Positions 32,083 to 43,529 are shown, counted from the first letter of the stretch. The stretch is 64,000 nt of DNA from Sedimentisphaerales bacterium (GCA_963666285.1 OY762711.1); one strand, 5' to 3'. Numbers and translations: made by a program. Notes: generated by a model from the sequence alone, not told the origin.

Positions 32083-32379
32083 TTATTTATCGTCAATAAC
32101 ATTAACATCAATATGTATTGTATCTTCATTACCAGATGGTCGACCCGAAGGAGGCGAAATCCTTCGCCCCAAACGCCAGAGCTTAAAACCGTAAACAAAA
32201 CAAATTGCCGCTATAAAATACAGGATAAAAGCCACCACCCCCGCAAAAATATCCGGGTATGCGGTTATTAATAAACCAAGGATAACTAAAATTATCCCAA
32301 GCGAAAAAAGTGGTTTCACCGCAAAAGAAAGCGGCGAGCCAAATTGCCCGTTAGATAAGTTCTGAAATTTGAAGAACAT
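32083..32379 (-). CDS. Small two-TM hypothetical membrane protein
   Basis: Two hydrophobic helices; overlaps the upstream HAD gene end. Confidence 0.6.
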   Translation of the reverse strand: MFFKFQNLSNGQFGSPLSFAVKPLFSLGIILVILGLLITAYPDIFAGVVAFILYFIAAICFVYGFKLWRLGRRISPPSGRPSGNEDTIHIDVNVIDDK

Positions 32380-33118
32380 CTGGCAAACTCCTGATCTTAG
32401 CAGGCTTTACAGAGTACTCTGAAGTCCTCAGCCCGTAATCCATATATACAACGTCGTCTTCTATTGTTTCAGTACCGCCGGTAAGCCACAGAGGTATCAT
32501 ACCAACTCCACTGGCACCCAGAACGTCAGCATCATACCGATCACCAACATACACTGTCTTTGCCGGGTCCAATTCCATTCTTTCTATCGCAGCCTTAAAA
32601 ATTACCGGGTCCGGCTTAAAGGAATTTTCCAGTGCAGAGTCAACCATAACCTCAAAAAAACCATCATAGTTGACCTGGCGGCACCACCCGGAGATATTGC
32701 CCCAGTTATTACTTATACACCCTAGTCGATATGCTCCATGTAATTTTTCAAGAGTTTCAATATTTCTTTTTAAAATATCATGCGAGTCAGCCATAAACTC
32801 AGCTGCTATATCTAGTGGGTCCCATAAGTCAGCCGTCTGCTGCCAGTTATCACCTTTTGCCTTATCAGCTTTAATTATCTGATGAGCATGAGACATCCAC
32901 CTGACTACAGTCTCATCGACATTGAGCTGCATAATATCATCCATATCATTCATCTCAACCGCGGACTGCTTAATCGAGGTAAAGAAAAACTCTTTATCTA
33001 TTTTCCGGCCATCGGCCCTGTCTAATACATAGTCATAAAATCTGGTAAACCAGTCTACCCCGTCAAAATCCAATGTACCACCGAAATCGAATAAAATCGC
33101 ATCTATTTCTTTTGTCAT
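32351..33118 (-). CDS. HAD-family hydrolase
   Basis: FDFGGTL, ISNN, KPDPVIF and VGDRYDADVLG motifs. Confidence 0.9.
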   Translation of the reverse strand: MTKEIDAILFDFGGTLDFDGVDWFTRFYDYVLDRADGRKIDKEFFFTSIKQSAVEMNDMDDIMQLNVDETVVRWMSHAHQIIKADKAKGDNWQQTADLWDPLDIAAEFMADSHDILKRNIETLEKLHGAYRLGCISNNWGNISGWCRQVNYDGFFEVMVDSALENSFKPDPVIFKAAIERMELDPAKTVYVGDRYDADVLGASGVGMIPLWLTGGTETIEDDVVYMDYGLRTSEYSVKPAKIRSLPDVLQISELI

Positions 33119-33172
33119 AGCTGTTTCTACTTGTCTCTCTTACTACCTGATTACTATAAAATATTATCCGAA

Positions 33173-34285
33173 TCAAAAGTCCATAATCATACAATTGCCA
33201 TTTTCAAAAATGACCTCATCGTCCATTACCACTTTTCCGCCGGGCCGCAGGTCGCAAACCATATCCCAATGCAGGCCAGACTGGTTAACTCCACCGGCTT
33301 CCGGGAAACCCGCACCAACAGCCAGATGAACTGTTCCGCCGATTTTCTCATCGAAAAGAGTATTCTTGGTAAATTGCTGGATACCGTAATTTGTACCTAT
33401 AGCAAACTCACCGGCAATCCTGGCACCATCATCCATCGCCAGCATACTCATCAAAAAGTCTTCTCCTGTTTCCGATGAAGCTTTTACTACCCTGCCTCTT
33501 TCAAACTCTAACACAACTCCCCGGCATTCATGCCCCATATGACATGCCGGAAAACTGAAGACAATTTTACCTTCCAGGGAATCTTCAACCGGAGAAGTAA
33601 AAATTTCGCCATCAGGGAAATTCTCTTTACCACAGCAGTTAATCCATTTCCTGCCTTCAACTACCATCCTTAAATCCGTTCCATTATCAGCCTGAACGTG
33701 AACTGTTTTTTTATCAGCAATAAGATCTATAAGCTTCTGCTGTTTCTCAGAAACTTCCTGCCAATGTTTTACCGGCTCCTCTTCATGTAACAAACCGGCA
33801 CTATATACAAAATCTTCATATTCCATTAGTGACATGCCGGCATCCTGGGCACTGGCCTCTGTCGGGTAAAGAGTGCCTGACCATCGCAGATCACCGGAAG
33901 CTGTCCGCTCGAAAAATCTATTCAGGATTGGCTTTTGAGAAGCTGCCAGCATCCCCTGCCGGGCAGAATCGCATTGGCTCAAAGACTTTGTATTCGTTTC
34001 AGCCCACAATGAAATAAATACATCAGCTTTTTCAACTTCATTTTTAGCAAACGGAGAAACATATTTCAACTGCTCTTCGCTGCCATTTTTCAGCATAAGC
34101 TCTTTTAGGGTAGCCGGAGCCATACGAACATGAGGGTGACCGCCCGCTAATAGTACGTATTTGTACAATGCGACAATCAGCGGTTCAGATACCGGCGGTC
34201 CCTGGATAATCACTACATCATCTTTTTTTACCGAGACTGAATAATTAACAATAACTTCTGAAAGTTTTTCAACTCTTGGGTCCAT
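33173..34285 (-). CDS. M29 family aminopeptidase (AmpT/PepS-like)
   Basis: NFPDGEIFTSP, GEFAIGTN, FDEKIGGTVHLAVG and SGLHWDMV motifs. Confidence 0.92.
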   Translation of the reverse strand: MDPRVEKLSEVIVNYSVSVKKDDVVIIQGPPVSEPLIVALYKYVLLAGGHPHVRMAPATLKELMLKNGSEEQLKYVSPFAKNEVEKADVFISLWAETNTKSLSQCDSARQGMLAASQKPILNRFFERTASGDLRWSGTLYPTEASAQDAGMSLMEYEDFVYSAGLLHEEEPVKHWQEVSEKQQKLIDLIADKKTVHVQADNGTDLRMVVEGRKWINCCGKENFPDGEIFTSPVEDSLEGKIVFSFPACHMGHECRGVVLEFERGRVVKASSETGEDFLMSMLAMDDGARIAGEFAIGTNYGIQQFTKNTLFDEKIGGTVHLAVGAGFPEAGGVNQSGLHWDMVCDLRPGGKVVMDDEVIFENGNCMIMDF

Positions 34286-34621
34286 TACTCCACTCCTAAT
34301 TCATTTGAAAAATCAATTTGCACATATTCATTATAGTTAAATATAGGACCTGGGTCAAAATATTTCCAAACAGGAAGTAATTGAGAAAAAAGCATTTACA
34401 CAACATCCGATAACTATGAAACATTCAGGAAAAGCAGAAAAACCGTTCCGTACAGCGGCGATTTATAACTTATTGCTCTGCATAACCTTATTGGTTACAA
34501 GCATATATTTCAATCTTGCAATGCTGCTTTTTGGCAATATATTCTGTCTGCGTCCATAATATCTCCCGAAAATATAAAAGAGAATCTTAGCGAAAATAAA
34601 TAACGATAATGGTATCTATTT

Positions 34622-35083
34622 ATGGCTGTAAGAATCAGAGAAATACTAACCTGCCTGAAAGATTGCAAAAAGGAAGTAATAATTTGCATTATCTTGATAT
34701 GGCTTACCATAGCCACATTATTTTGGCCGGGTAACGGTCCGTCTGTCGTACTTACCTCTGCCCAAAGTTCGGAAGGTCAGTATATTACCAAAGAAGATTT
34801 CTACCTCTGCAGCATAGATTTCACTAACTCAAAATGGTCCGGGAAATACCAGAAGTTTGCCTGTTACCTGGAAATAGATGGTCAGGAGTATCATTTGCTG
34901 GATGAATTTGTATCTGCACAAGAGAAATTCGTCGCCTTTGGCCTGCCAGATTACTTATTCCGTGAGATTACACCTGGCAGCCATAAATGCAGGCTGATAA
35001 TAAGACCGTCATACCAAAATAGCGGCACACTTGAACCTGGACTTATTGAAATAAAATCAAACCTGATTACTCTAACCTTCTAA
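34622..35083 (+). CDS. Hypothetical protein with N-terminal membrane anchor
   Basis: 153-aa ORF filling the intergenic gap; one TM segment; no recognisable family. Confidence 0.5.
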   Translation: MAVRIREILTCLKDCKKEVIICIILIWLTIATLFWPGNGPSVVLTSAQSSEGQYITKEDFYLCSIDFTNSKWSGKYQKFACYLEIDGQEYHLLDEFVSAQEKFVAFGLPDYLFREITPGSHKCRLIIRPSYQNSGTLEPGLIEIKSNLITLTF

Positions 35084-35112
35084 GGTAAACAGCCGGCCGG
35101 AATTTATATCTA

Positions 35113-36087
35113 TCAAAGTGAAACTACAGCATCAATTAAAGTTTCAAACGATTGTCTCAGGCCGCTATCATCGATAGACTCAACAAAAGAGCGTAAACCT
35201 TGCGATAATTTTCTAACTTTTTCCTTACAGTAATCAATACTATCGGTAGCATTTAACCTGGCTATCAATTCCTGCTTGAGTTCTAAAGTAAAACCTGAAC
35301 CGGAAATCTCATTCAACCACCCCAGTGTATTGTCTCCGGCTATCGCAATATGATGAATGACAGGCAGGGTATTTTTGCCCAGTATAATATCTGTACCAAC
35401 AGTCTTTCCACTTTCAACTTCAGGACTGATAATATCTCTCAAATCATCCATTACCTGAAAGGCTATCCCGAAATCCCTGCCAATCTCAAACGCACGCTGA
35501 CATTGCTCCGGGCCGGCACCGGCTAAAAACGCACCCCTCTCGACACAGCAGGCTATAAGTGACGCCGTTTTTTTCGAGACAATATCAAGGTACTGTTCTT
35601 CAGAAAGAGAAAAATTACCACTGGTTCGCTGCTGGGCCAATTCTCCCTCGCAGATATGTCCGACAACTTTTGCAACAGAGCCAAAATCGCGTTGATTTTC
35701 CAGCTCAAATGTGGTTGCCAGAACTATACTTAACAGTAAGTCTCCGGCCAGTACTGCCGCTTTATTGCCTACTAATTTGTTCAGTGACGGCTGATGCCTC
35801 CTGGTATCAGCTCCATCCAGAACATCATCATGCAGCAGAGAAGCAACGTGAACCATTTCGATCAAAGCAGCGGAAATGTAATGGTCTTTAACCAGCGAAC
35901 CATAAGCTTTACCTGAAAGCAAAACCAGGATCGGCCTGATCATTTTGCCATTACGCGCCTTTACCAGCTCCAATACTCCAGAGGCTTCCGGAAGACTGCA
36001 TTGACAATACTTTTCAATCAGGGATTGAACCTGCCGCAAATCTTCGGCAAGGTAATCGTATATTAAATTAATACTGTTTTTCGACAT
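35113..36087 (-). CDS. Polyprenyl diphosphate synthase
   Basis: GKMIRP, HDDVLDGADTRR and FQVMDDLRD motifs; start taken at MSKNS. Confidence 0.9.
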   Translation of the reverse strand: MSKNSINLIYDYLAEDLRQVQSLIEKYCQCSLPEASGVLELVKARNGKMIRPILVLLSGKAYGSLVKDHYISAALIEMVHVASLLHDDVLDGADTRRHQPSLNKLVGNKAAVLAGDLLLSIVLATTFELENQRDFGSVAKVVGHICEGELAQQRTSGNFSLSEEQYLDIVSKKTASLIACCVERGAFLAGAGPEQCQRAFEIGRDFGIAFQVMDDLRDIISPEVESGKTVGTDIILGKNTLPVIHHIAIAGDNTLGWLNEISGSGFTLELKQELIARLNATDSIDYCKEKVRKLSQGLRSFVESIDDSGLRQSFETLIDAVVSL

Positions 36088-36179
36088 CGTATCAATAGCA
36101 CAAAAAGAACTGAGCGTAGCTAACAGATTAAAGTATGCTACGCCCATATTAAAAACTTCACTTATTAAATTGCATAAGA

Positions 36180-37037
36180 TTAACTTCGAACATAAGCATC
36201 AAAAACTTCCAGCAACTTACGGGTAACCGGGCCGGGCTTACCGTCTTTGATTACTCGTTTGTCAATCTCTACTACAGCAATAACTTCCGCCGCAGTTCCT
36301 GTCAAAAACATTTCATCCGCAACATAAAGATCAAACTTGACCAGGTTTCTTTCAACTACTTCGTAACCGGTCTCTCTGGCCAGTTTTATTACGACCTTGC
36401 GGGTAATACCGTCCAATGATCCGGAAGATACCGGTGGTGTATATATAATACCATCTTTAACTATAAATACATTGTCACCGGTAGCTTCGGCAACATAGCC
36501 ATAATGGTTATACATGATTGCTTCCAGCATGCCGTGGTCAAGAGCTTCAAGCTTGGCAAATATATTATTCAGATAGTTCAGGCTTTTTACCTGCGGCGGC
36601 AAACTCAACGGATGGTTCCTCACCGTATTGGCACTGATTACCTGCAAACCATTCTCATACAACTCCTGGGGATAAAGCTGAATTGTGGAAGCTATAATTA
36701 TAACTATCGGATCTTTACATACCATCGGATTCAATCCAAGAGTGCCTGCGCCACGGGTAACGACTAACCGTATATATCCATCTGATATGTTATTTGCTTC
36801 TACTGTTTTCTCAGTATTAGCCATCATTTCATCAACAGTAAATGGAATCTTCAACCTGATAGCTGCTGCTGATTCGTAAAGACGCAAGACATGCGCCTTC
36901 AATTCAAATATCTTGCCGCTGTAAACGCGGATTCCTTCAAAAACTCCGTCACCATAAAGTAAACCATGGTCGAAAACTGAAACTTTTGCCTCCGACTCAT
37001 CTACTAACTTATCCTTTAGCCATATTTTCAAACTCAT
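36180..37037 (-). CDS. ilvE: Branched-chain amino acid aminotransferase
   Basis: HGLLYGDGVFEGIR, KSLNYLNN, LDGITR and FLTGTAAE motifs. Confidence 0.95.
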   Translation of the reverse strand: MSLKIWLKDKLVDESEAKVSVFDHGLLYGDGVFEGIRVYSGKIFELKAHVLRLYESAAAIRLKIPFTVDEMMANTEKTVEANNISDGYIRLVVTRGAGTLGLNPMVCKDPIVIIIASTIQLYPQELYENGLQVISANTVRNHPLSLPPQVKSLNYLNNIFAKLEALDHGMLEAIMYNHYGYVAEATGDNVFIVKDGIIYTPPVSSGSLDGITRKVVIKLARETGYEVVERNLVKFDLYVADEMFLTGTAAEVIAVVEIDKRVIKDGKPGPVTRKLLEVFDAYVRS

Positions 37038-37226
37038 CTTAATACCCTGTCAGTCAATGGTAAAAACTATAATTCCTTATATAGACTAGTCTTATATATT
37101 TGTCCATTTCTTTAATCTATATATTTTAAGTACAGTATTTTCCTGTATTTAACGAATAAATTCCAGTAAAAAATGCTCTCAGAAAACTTATTGTCGGCAA
37201 ATTCCCGAACATAATTATCTTAAGAA

Positions 37227-39134
37227 CTAAAAATGGCTGATATTAGCCTCTTTTAGCTGGCAGATGCGAGATTTGATATTATCGGCAATTGCCTTACTAT
37301 TGATTCCGGCCTCTTCCAACTGCCCTTCTCTGGTATCTGGTCCAATATATTTATCAGGAAAACCCATTCTAAACAATCGAGAAGTATCAAGACCGCTTTC
37401 CTGAACAAATTCCAGCACAGCAGAACCAAATCCGCCTATTAATGCATGGTCTTCAACGGTTATTATTGGAACTCCATTAAGGGTTCGGTAAATCTCCACA
37501 ATCGTATCCATATCAAGCGGCTTGGCAAATCTGCAGTCGTAAACGGCAACCTCAATACCCTCATCCTGAAGAATATTAGCTGCGGTCATACTATCATATG
37601 CCATTGATCCATATGCCAGTATCACAGCTTTATCGCCCTCTTTAAGCTGCCTCGCCCTTTTGTCAGAAAAACCTGACGGGCCGCCTATTTCCGCATACTC
37701 ATGTTTGGCAACACTTGCTCTTGGATAACGTATCAGGCAGGCTTTACCGCTGTCAACAGCATATTCCAGGGCACCCAGCATCTCAGAATTATCTGACGGT
37801 GAGATCAGTTCAAGGTTTGGTAAAGTACGAAATATCGCAATATCGGTAAAGCCGTGATGTACGGCACCATCACCGCCCACCATGCCGGCACGATCCAGAC
37901 AAAAAACTACCGGTAATCCCTGCAGGGACACCTCCTGGAATACCTGGTCAAAACCTCTTTGCAAAAAGGTAGAATATATGGCTACCACCGGCTTGAGACC
38001 TGTCTTAGCCATACCGGCTGCTATATCTACCGCAGCTGATTCTGCAATACCAACATCAATTACTCTGTCTGGAAATTGCTCTCTCACTGAAGACAAACCG
38101 GTACCATCCGGCATCGCTGCCGTAATAGCATAAACTTTTTCATCTTTTGACATTATTGCAGCCAGAGAATCCGCAAAAGAAGCTGTAAAGCTTTTACCCT
38201 TGGACTTGTCAAAACTGGCTGATTCACCATCGATCTTAAACGGTCTGGGACTATGGAAAGTCGTTGGGTCATCTGTCGCTGGAGTAAAGCCCCTGCCTTT
38301 ATCTGTATGAACGTGAAGAATAATTGGATGTTCAAAATCCTTTATTGCACTGAATATTTCAATCAAATTTGATATATTATGGCCGTCAATAGGACCGTAT
38401 ACCGGAACGTTCAACTGGTCAAACCAGTGGTTACCCAAAAAGGCAGTCTTAACGCCTTCCTTGAATTTATCCAGCTGTTTCTTGAGCAGCGGGAGCCTGC
38501 GCATAAACATATGAGTGCTGCGATTGAGAAAATCATTTGGCCTCGATACCCGCATTTTTGTCAGGTAATTGGCAAAAGCTCCCTGGGTTTTATCTATCGC
38601 CATTTCGTTATCATTCAAAATAAAAAGCAGCTGTCTCTTCACCAGGTTGGTATTATTCAACCCTTCAAATGAAAGCCCGTTCACAATACTGGCATCACCG
38701 ATAACGGAAACAACCTTTTCGGTGCTGTTTTGAAGCTGAGCTCCTAAAGCCAAACCTACTGCGGTGGCTACCGCTGTACCTGCATGGCCAACTGCAAACT
38801 GATCGTAATCGCTCTCTTTGGGATTGGGAAAACCGCTGATCCCGTCTTTTTGCCTTAGTTTATCAAACTGGCTCGCCCTGCCGGTTAGCATCTTATGTAC
38901 ATAACATTGATGCCCGACATCCCAAACCAGCCTGTCCCTGGCAAAATCAAAGACATAATGCATGGCAATTGTCAACTCTACAATACCAAGGTTACTGGCT
39001 AAATGACCGCCATGAATTGAAACACTGTCCTTTATATGCTGACGAAGTTCTTCTGCTAGATTATTCAGCTGGCTGATAGATAACCGGCATATATCTGAGG
39101 GAGCTTTGATTGTACTAAGTAGTTTTCCTATCAA
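37227..39134 (-). CDS. dxs: 1-deoxy-D-xylulose-5-phosphate synthase
   Basis: GGHLASNLG, WDVGHQCYVHK, DVGIAE and DRAGMVGGDGAVHHG motifs. Confidence 0.96.
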   Translation of the reverse strand: MIGKLLSTIKAPSDICRLSISQLNNLAEELRQHIKDSVSIHGGHLASNLGIVELTIAMHYVFDFARDRLVWDVGHQCYVHKMLTGRASQFDKLRQKDGISGFPNPKESDYDQFAVGHAGTAVATAVGLALGAQLQNSTEKVVSVIGDASIVNGLSFEGLNNTNLVKRQLLFILNDNEMAIDKTQGAFANYLTKMRVSRPNDFLNRSTHMFMRRLPLLKKQLDKFKEGVKTAFLGNHWFDQLNVPVYGPIDGHNISNLIEIFSAIKDFEHPIILHVHTDKGRGFTPATDDPTTFHSPRPFKIDGESASFDKSKGKSFTASFADSLAAIMSKDEKVYAITAAMPDGTGLSSVREQFPDRVIDVGIAESAAVDIAAGMAKTGLKPVVAIYSTFLQRGFDQVFQEVSLQGLPVVFCLDRAGMVGGDGAVHHGFTDIAIFRTLPNLELISPSDNSEMLGALEYAVDSGKACLIRYPRASVAKHEYAEIGGPSGFSDKRARQLKEGDKAVILAYGSMAYDSMTAANILQDEGIEVAVYDCRFAKPLDMDTIVEIYRTLNGVPIITVEDHALIGGFGSAVLEFVQESGLDTSRLFRMGFPDKYIGPDTREGQLEEAGINSKAIADNIKSRICQLKEANISHF

Positions 39135-39543
39135 TATTTACAATCCTTAATGATATTTCATAATATCTTATTCAAGCTTGTTAGTATTAATCGAGCTGTA
39201 TATATACAAGCTTAGTATTATATCTCAAAAAAAGACATTTGAAAAGATTTTTCAAAATTATAACTCATATAATATAAAAACATTACGCTTCAATGTCGTT
39301 TATTGTATGTATAAAAAACAAAGCTCTTACTTTTTTGAGCATAAACCTATTATTAACAAAAACTTAACTTTATATATGACGCCAAAATCAATTACAGCGG
39401 CTAAATATACTAAAAATTTAGTTATAAGACCTTGCTAGACGATAATTTTAGAGTTAGAATAGTTACATCTTTTTTGGCCCGTCCACATTGAGGTCAGATG
39501 ATTCAGCCAGGAATGGCTCAAAACACTTTTTCAAGGATGAAAA

Positions 39544-40542
39544 ATGGAATCACCTAAAAACAGAAAATCTGTGTTAATAATCAAACATGGATATTCAGAA
39601 ACATGTGACCATAATATCTCTTCAACAATAAGTTACGGAGATGTATTCCGTTGCACTTGCCTGCTTGATTTCTTTCGAGGAGAACATGTAACATGGATCA
39701 GTGCCCCGGCTGCTGAAGACCTCCTGGCACACAACCCATTAATCGACCAGCTGATTCTGGCCGAAAGCCCATCTGAAATCAATGGAGAACGACTCCTGAA
39801 ATCGTACGACATTGTCATTAACCTTGAAAAACAGAGAGACTGGTGTGAGTTTGGCAAGAATATAAAAAGTAAAAATAAATATGGTTTTAGAAATTGGGCC
39901 GCTACTGGAGATGATGCCTATTATCCGGAATCCGCTCAGGCTCTTTCTGAAGGACTCGAACGTGATAACTTCACCCCCCTTCAAGACACTCTTTTCAAAT
40001 CAATTGGCGAAGAGTGGACCGGAGAAAGATATTCTCTGGGATATAAACCAAGAGTCCATAATATCTACGATATAGGCTTCAACTGTCATGTTGGGTCAAA
40101 GTGGCCGAATAAGGCATGGCCTCTGGAATACTGGAAAGATTTACACAAAAGACTCAGTCCGGGATATTCCATCTGCTGGCAGCAGTCGCTGGATAATGTC
40201 AAACAGTATATTGACTGGCTGGCATCATGCAGGCTGATTATCACTAACGATTCTCTTGGACTGCATCTGGCTATTGCATTAAAAAAGAAGATTATTGCAT
40301 TGTTCGGGCCAACCTCTTCTGAACAGGTATATCTTTACGGCCATGGAGTCAGCCTCACCCCAAAAGAAAAACACAGCTGCAACCCATGCTTTTTAGCTAA
40401 ATGCCAAAGAGGTAAAAATTGTATGCACGATATCTGTGTTGACGACGTTGCCATACATGTCGAAAAACTACTGTTAATGAAAAAAAATGCTATCAAAGAA
40501 CGGGCCGCTATTGATACCACTAAAAAAGTTGCCCAGCCTTAG
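39544..40542 (+). CDS. Glycosyltransferase family 9 protein
   Basis: GDVFRCT, KWPNKAWP and ITNDSLGLHLAIAL...LFGPT motifs. Confidence 0.88.
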   Translation: MESPKNRKSVLIIKHGYSETCDHNISSTISYGDVFRCTCLLDFFRGEHVTWISAPAAEDLLAHNPLIDQLILAESPSEINGERLLKSYDIVINLEKQRDWCEFGKNIKSKNKYGFRNWAATGDDAYYPESAQALSEGLERDNFTPLQDTLFKSIGEEWTGERYSLGYKPRVHNIYDIGFNCHVGSKWPNKAWPLEYWKDLHKRLSPGYSICWQQSLDNVKQYIDWLASCRLIITNDSLGLHLAIALKKKIIALFGPTSSEQVYLYGHGVSLTPKEKHSCNPCFLAKCQRGKNCMHDICVDDVAIHVEKLLLMKKNAIKERAAIDTTKKVAQP

Positions 40543-40568
40543 CTTATTATTTTGGGAGACCTGAGAAA

Positions 40569-41504
40569 ATGCCTGATTTGCCTGATATTAGGATAAATGA
40601 TGACTGCAATTATATTGCAGCGTTCCTGACAATGGCATGCTCGTACAAATGCAATTATTGTATCAATGCATTTGGCGGAGACAGAAAACATCACAAACTT
40701 CTTAGCGCCGAGCAATGGATTTCCGGGCTAAGCAGGTTAACTAACCTGGAACATGATGATGGACTTGTACCTATCACTCTTCAGGGCGGTGAACCCAGCC
40801 TTCACCCGGGATTTTATGATATTATTAACGGCCTGCCTGAACGGATAAAAATTGATATCCTGACAAACCTGGATTTTGATATTGAAGAAATGATCGCTAA
40901 GGTTAATCCTGAAAGACTCAAGCGAGACGCCCCCTACGGCTCTATTCGGGTTAGTTACCATCCTACCGAATGCAGTCTGGATGAGCTTTTTGAAAAGACT
41001 CTTCGAATGATGGAAGCCGGTTTTCAAATCGGAGTATATGGCGTACTCCATCCAGACCAGCAGGAAATCATTCTGGAAGCACAGGCTAAAGGACAGAAAC
41101 TTGGAATAGATTTCAGAACCAAGGAATTTTTGGGATTCTATAACGACAAACTTTACGGCCACTTCAAATATCCCGAAGGATGCAGCCTGGCTAAACCTGT
41201 TACCGGTCCCGGCAGCAGCACTGTATGGTGCAGAACAACTGAAGTTCTCATCGGGCCCGACGGGGGAATTTACCGCTGCCATCATGACCTGTACGAAAAG
41301 GAACCGCCTATTGGCGACATTCTTGACCCGGCTTACACTATCTCGAACAAACATACCGCTTGTGACGATTTCGGTCTTTGCAATCCATGTGATATTAAAG
41401 TCAAAACCAATCGCCTGCAGCAGTTCGGTCATACCTCGGTAGATATTAAATTTGAAGAGCCTCAAGAGCCAAAATCTGAAAAAATAAACGCAAGAATACA
41501 TTAA
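40569..41504 (+). CDS. Radical SAM protein with Cys-rich C-terminal (SPASM/Twitch-like) domain
   Basis: CSYKCNYC, QGGEP, C...PDGGIYRC...C....C..C. Confidence 0.9.
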   Translation: MPDLPDIRINDDCNYIAAFLTMACSYKCNYCINAFGGDRKHHKLLSAEQWISGLSRLTNLEHDDGLVPITLQGGEPSLHPGFYDIINGLPERIKIDILTNLDFDIEEMIAKVNPERLKRDAPYGSIRVSYHPTECSLDELFEKTLRMMEAGFQIGVYGVLHPDQQEIILEAQAKGQKLGIDFRTKEFLGFYNDKLYGHFKYPEGCSLAKPVTGPGSSTVWCRTTEVLIGPDGGIYRCHHDLYEKEPPIGDILDPAYTISNKHTACDDFGLCNPCDIKVKTNRLQQFGHTSVDIKFEEPQEPKSEKINARIH

Positions 41505-41582
41505 TTGATAATACCCTGACAGATGCTAAAACTTACCGAACAGCTTATGTGTCGGATATATTCCACTTTTCATTAAACTATT

Positions 41583-43529
41583 ATGCCCAGATCAACAGAA
41601 ACAATAAACCCGCTGGATTTCATATACCCTGACAGGGAATCTGCGGCATCAGTACTGGACAATTTCCCCGCTGATGAGATATTGCAGACTAACATGAAAG
41701 CCTTACAAAGAGTTGATGCAAAACTCGCGGCTGTCATAGAAACAACACAAATACCGGAAAACTACAAACTGTCAATTACGGCAGATGGATATTTTTGTTT
41801 CAAAATATATGACCAGGATAATTTCAGCTGCTGGCCCGCTCAAAGATCTACCCCGGCAATTGCGGCCCGATGCGATACTAAAAGGCAAAACCTGGAACTT
41901 GCCAATGCTGCTATCAATGGATTTGGCGACGGTTATACTATTAAAGAAATTCTAGCTTCGCTTCTGCCCTTCCAGGCGATCTTTGTACTGGAAAAATATC
42001 CGGTTTTGATCAAAGCTTCGCTGTCTATTCACAACTTTAGCGAATATATTGAAAAAGGACAGCTTGTTATTATTTACGGAGAAAACCCTTATGATTCTCT
42101 CAAAGAATTCCTGATTGATAACAGCGGCTTTCAGTTAATTGAAAAATCTCTGTACCTCTATGAATTCACCGAACAGCAAAACAAGATATTTACCGGCGAA
42201 GTTACATCAGCGGTAGAAAAAGCCTATGAAACTATAATCCTTGACCTGGAATCAACCGGCAAAAAACTTTCATCCTTACAATCAAGAAAAATAGATATGG
42301 AAAACCTGGATAATTTTACGATTATCAATATCCCGGATTTCTTAAATCCAAAAGCTTCTATATTATCCAGGGATATTCTTGCCGGCTTCAAAGATAACGG
42401 TTTGAATACCCACCTGAACTTCTTTGACAGCCCGCGGTATGCATCAACAATTAGTCAGGCTGAAAAATATATTGAACAAAAGCCTGATGCTGTTGTAATG
42501 ATAAATAAATTCAGGAGTACATCAAGTTATAAATTCCCTGATACAATGCCGGTTATCAGTATAATGGATGGCATTTCACAAAATACTGTAGATAACCTTG
42601 ACACTTCCGCCATAAAGCCAAACGATATCATTATATGTGATAAACGATTGACCGGTGAGTTCCCAGAAAACAATGTCCTGGAACGCCAAAACTTTGTTAA
42701 TACTGATATCTATTATCCATCCGATATCAAAGATATGCATAATAACTCACTGCAAATTTCAAAACACGATGTTGTTATGATAACAGAGAGAACCCCGATC
42801 AGCCCAAATGCATACAATGTCAAGCTCAACAGCCAGATTGAACTTATCACTGCATGTTGTACGGCAATTGTAAAAGACCCGGCAGGTTATAATAAATCTC
42901 TCAATAAAATGTATTTCGAAAACGGTAAGAAAAAAGCCGGGGTTAAAATTTCAGATGATAAACTTAACGAATCTTTACTCGCAATTTTCTCTGAAATTGC
43001 CAAAGCCGTTGTGATCGACTGCTATGGTCTGGAAATAATTAAAGCCGGGTTTGATCTGGCTGTTTACAACTATGAACAGTACCTGCCAAACGGATTCTGC
43101 CCTGTTACTAGCAAAGATAACCCGCTGCCGCATTGGGAAGACTCACCGCTTCTCTATCATATTCGGGGAAAAGTATGTGACTCTCTCGAATTGAATATCA
43201 TAAATAACAGCGGTAAAATATTTGTCTGCACCTATAATGACGGACGGGTTGACCAGCTAATGCTGAATATTATTGCCTCTGGCGGATTTATCCTGACCAG
43301 GTCTCACCCACGTGACAATAAGCAGGATGGGCTGAAAGGCATTTTTGAGCCGGGCAAAGAAATAATCACTTATACCAACACCGGCGATCTATGCCGAAAG
43401 ATAGAATTTTATCTTAATAACGAAGATAAAAGATTAGCTATTGCCGATAAAGCACGCCAGAAACTGATCGAAAAAAGAACTGCCAAAAAGTTCTGCTATG
43501 AGATTCTCGAAAAACTTGCTAAAAGTTAA
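41583..43529 (+). CDS. Glycosyltransferase with CgeB/Glyco_trans_1_2-like C-terminus and Maf-like N-terminus
   Basis: C-terminal GGFILT...IFEPGKEIITY...KIEFYLNNEDKRLAIA; N-terminal NMKAL...LAAVIE, NGFGDGY. Confidence 0.7.
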   Translation: MPRSTETINPLDFIYPDRESAASVLDNFPADEILQTNMKALQRVDAKLAAVIETTQIPENYKLSITADGYFCFKIYDQDNFSCWPAQRSTPAIAARCDTKRQNLELANAAINGFGDGYTIKEILASLLPFQAIFVLEKYPVLIKASLSIHNFSEYIEKGQLVIIYGENPYDSLKEFLIDNSGFQLIEKSLYLYEFTEQQNKIFTGEVTSAVEKAYETIILDLESTGKKLSSLQSRKIDMENLDNFTIINIPDFLNPKASILSRDILAGFKDNGLNTHLNFFDSPRYASTISQAEKYIEQKPDAVVMINKFRSTSSYKFPDTMPVISIMDGISQNTVDNLDTSAIKPNDIIICDKRLTGEFPENNVLERQNFVNTDIYYPSDIKDMHNNSLQISKHDVVMITERTPISPNAYNVKLNSQIELITACCTAIVKDPAGYNKSLNKMYFENGKKKAGVKISDDKLNESLLAIFSEIAKAVVIDCYGLEIIKAGFDLAVYNYEQYLPNGFCPVTSKDNPLPHWEDSPLLYHIRGKVCDSLELNIINNSGKIFVCTYNDGRVDQLMLNIIASGGFILTRSHPRDNKQDGLKGIFEPGKEIITYTNTGDLCRKIEFYLNNEDKRLAIADKARQKLIEKRTAKKFCYEILEKLAKS

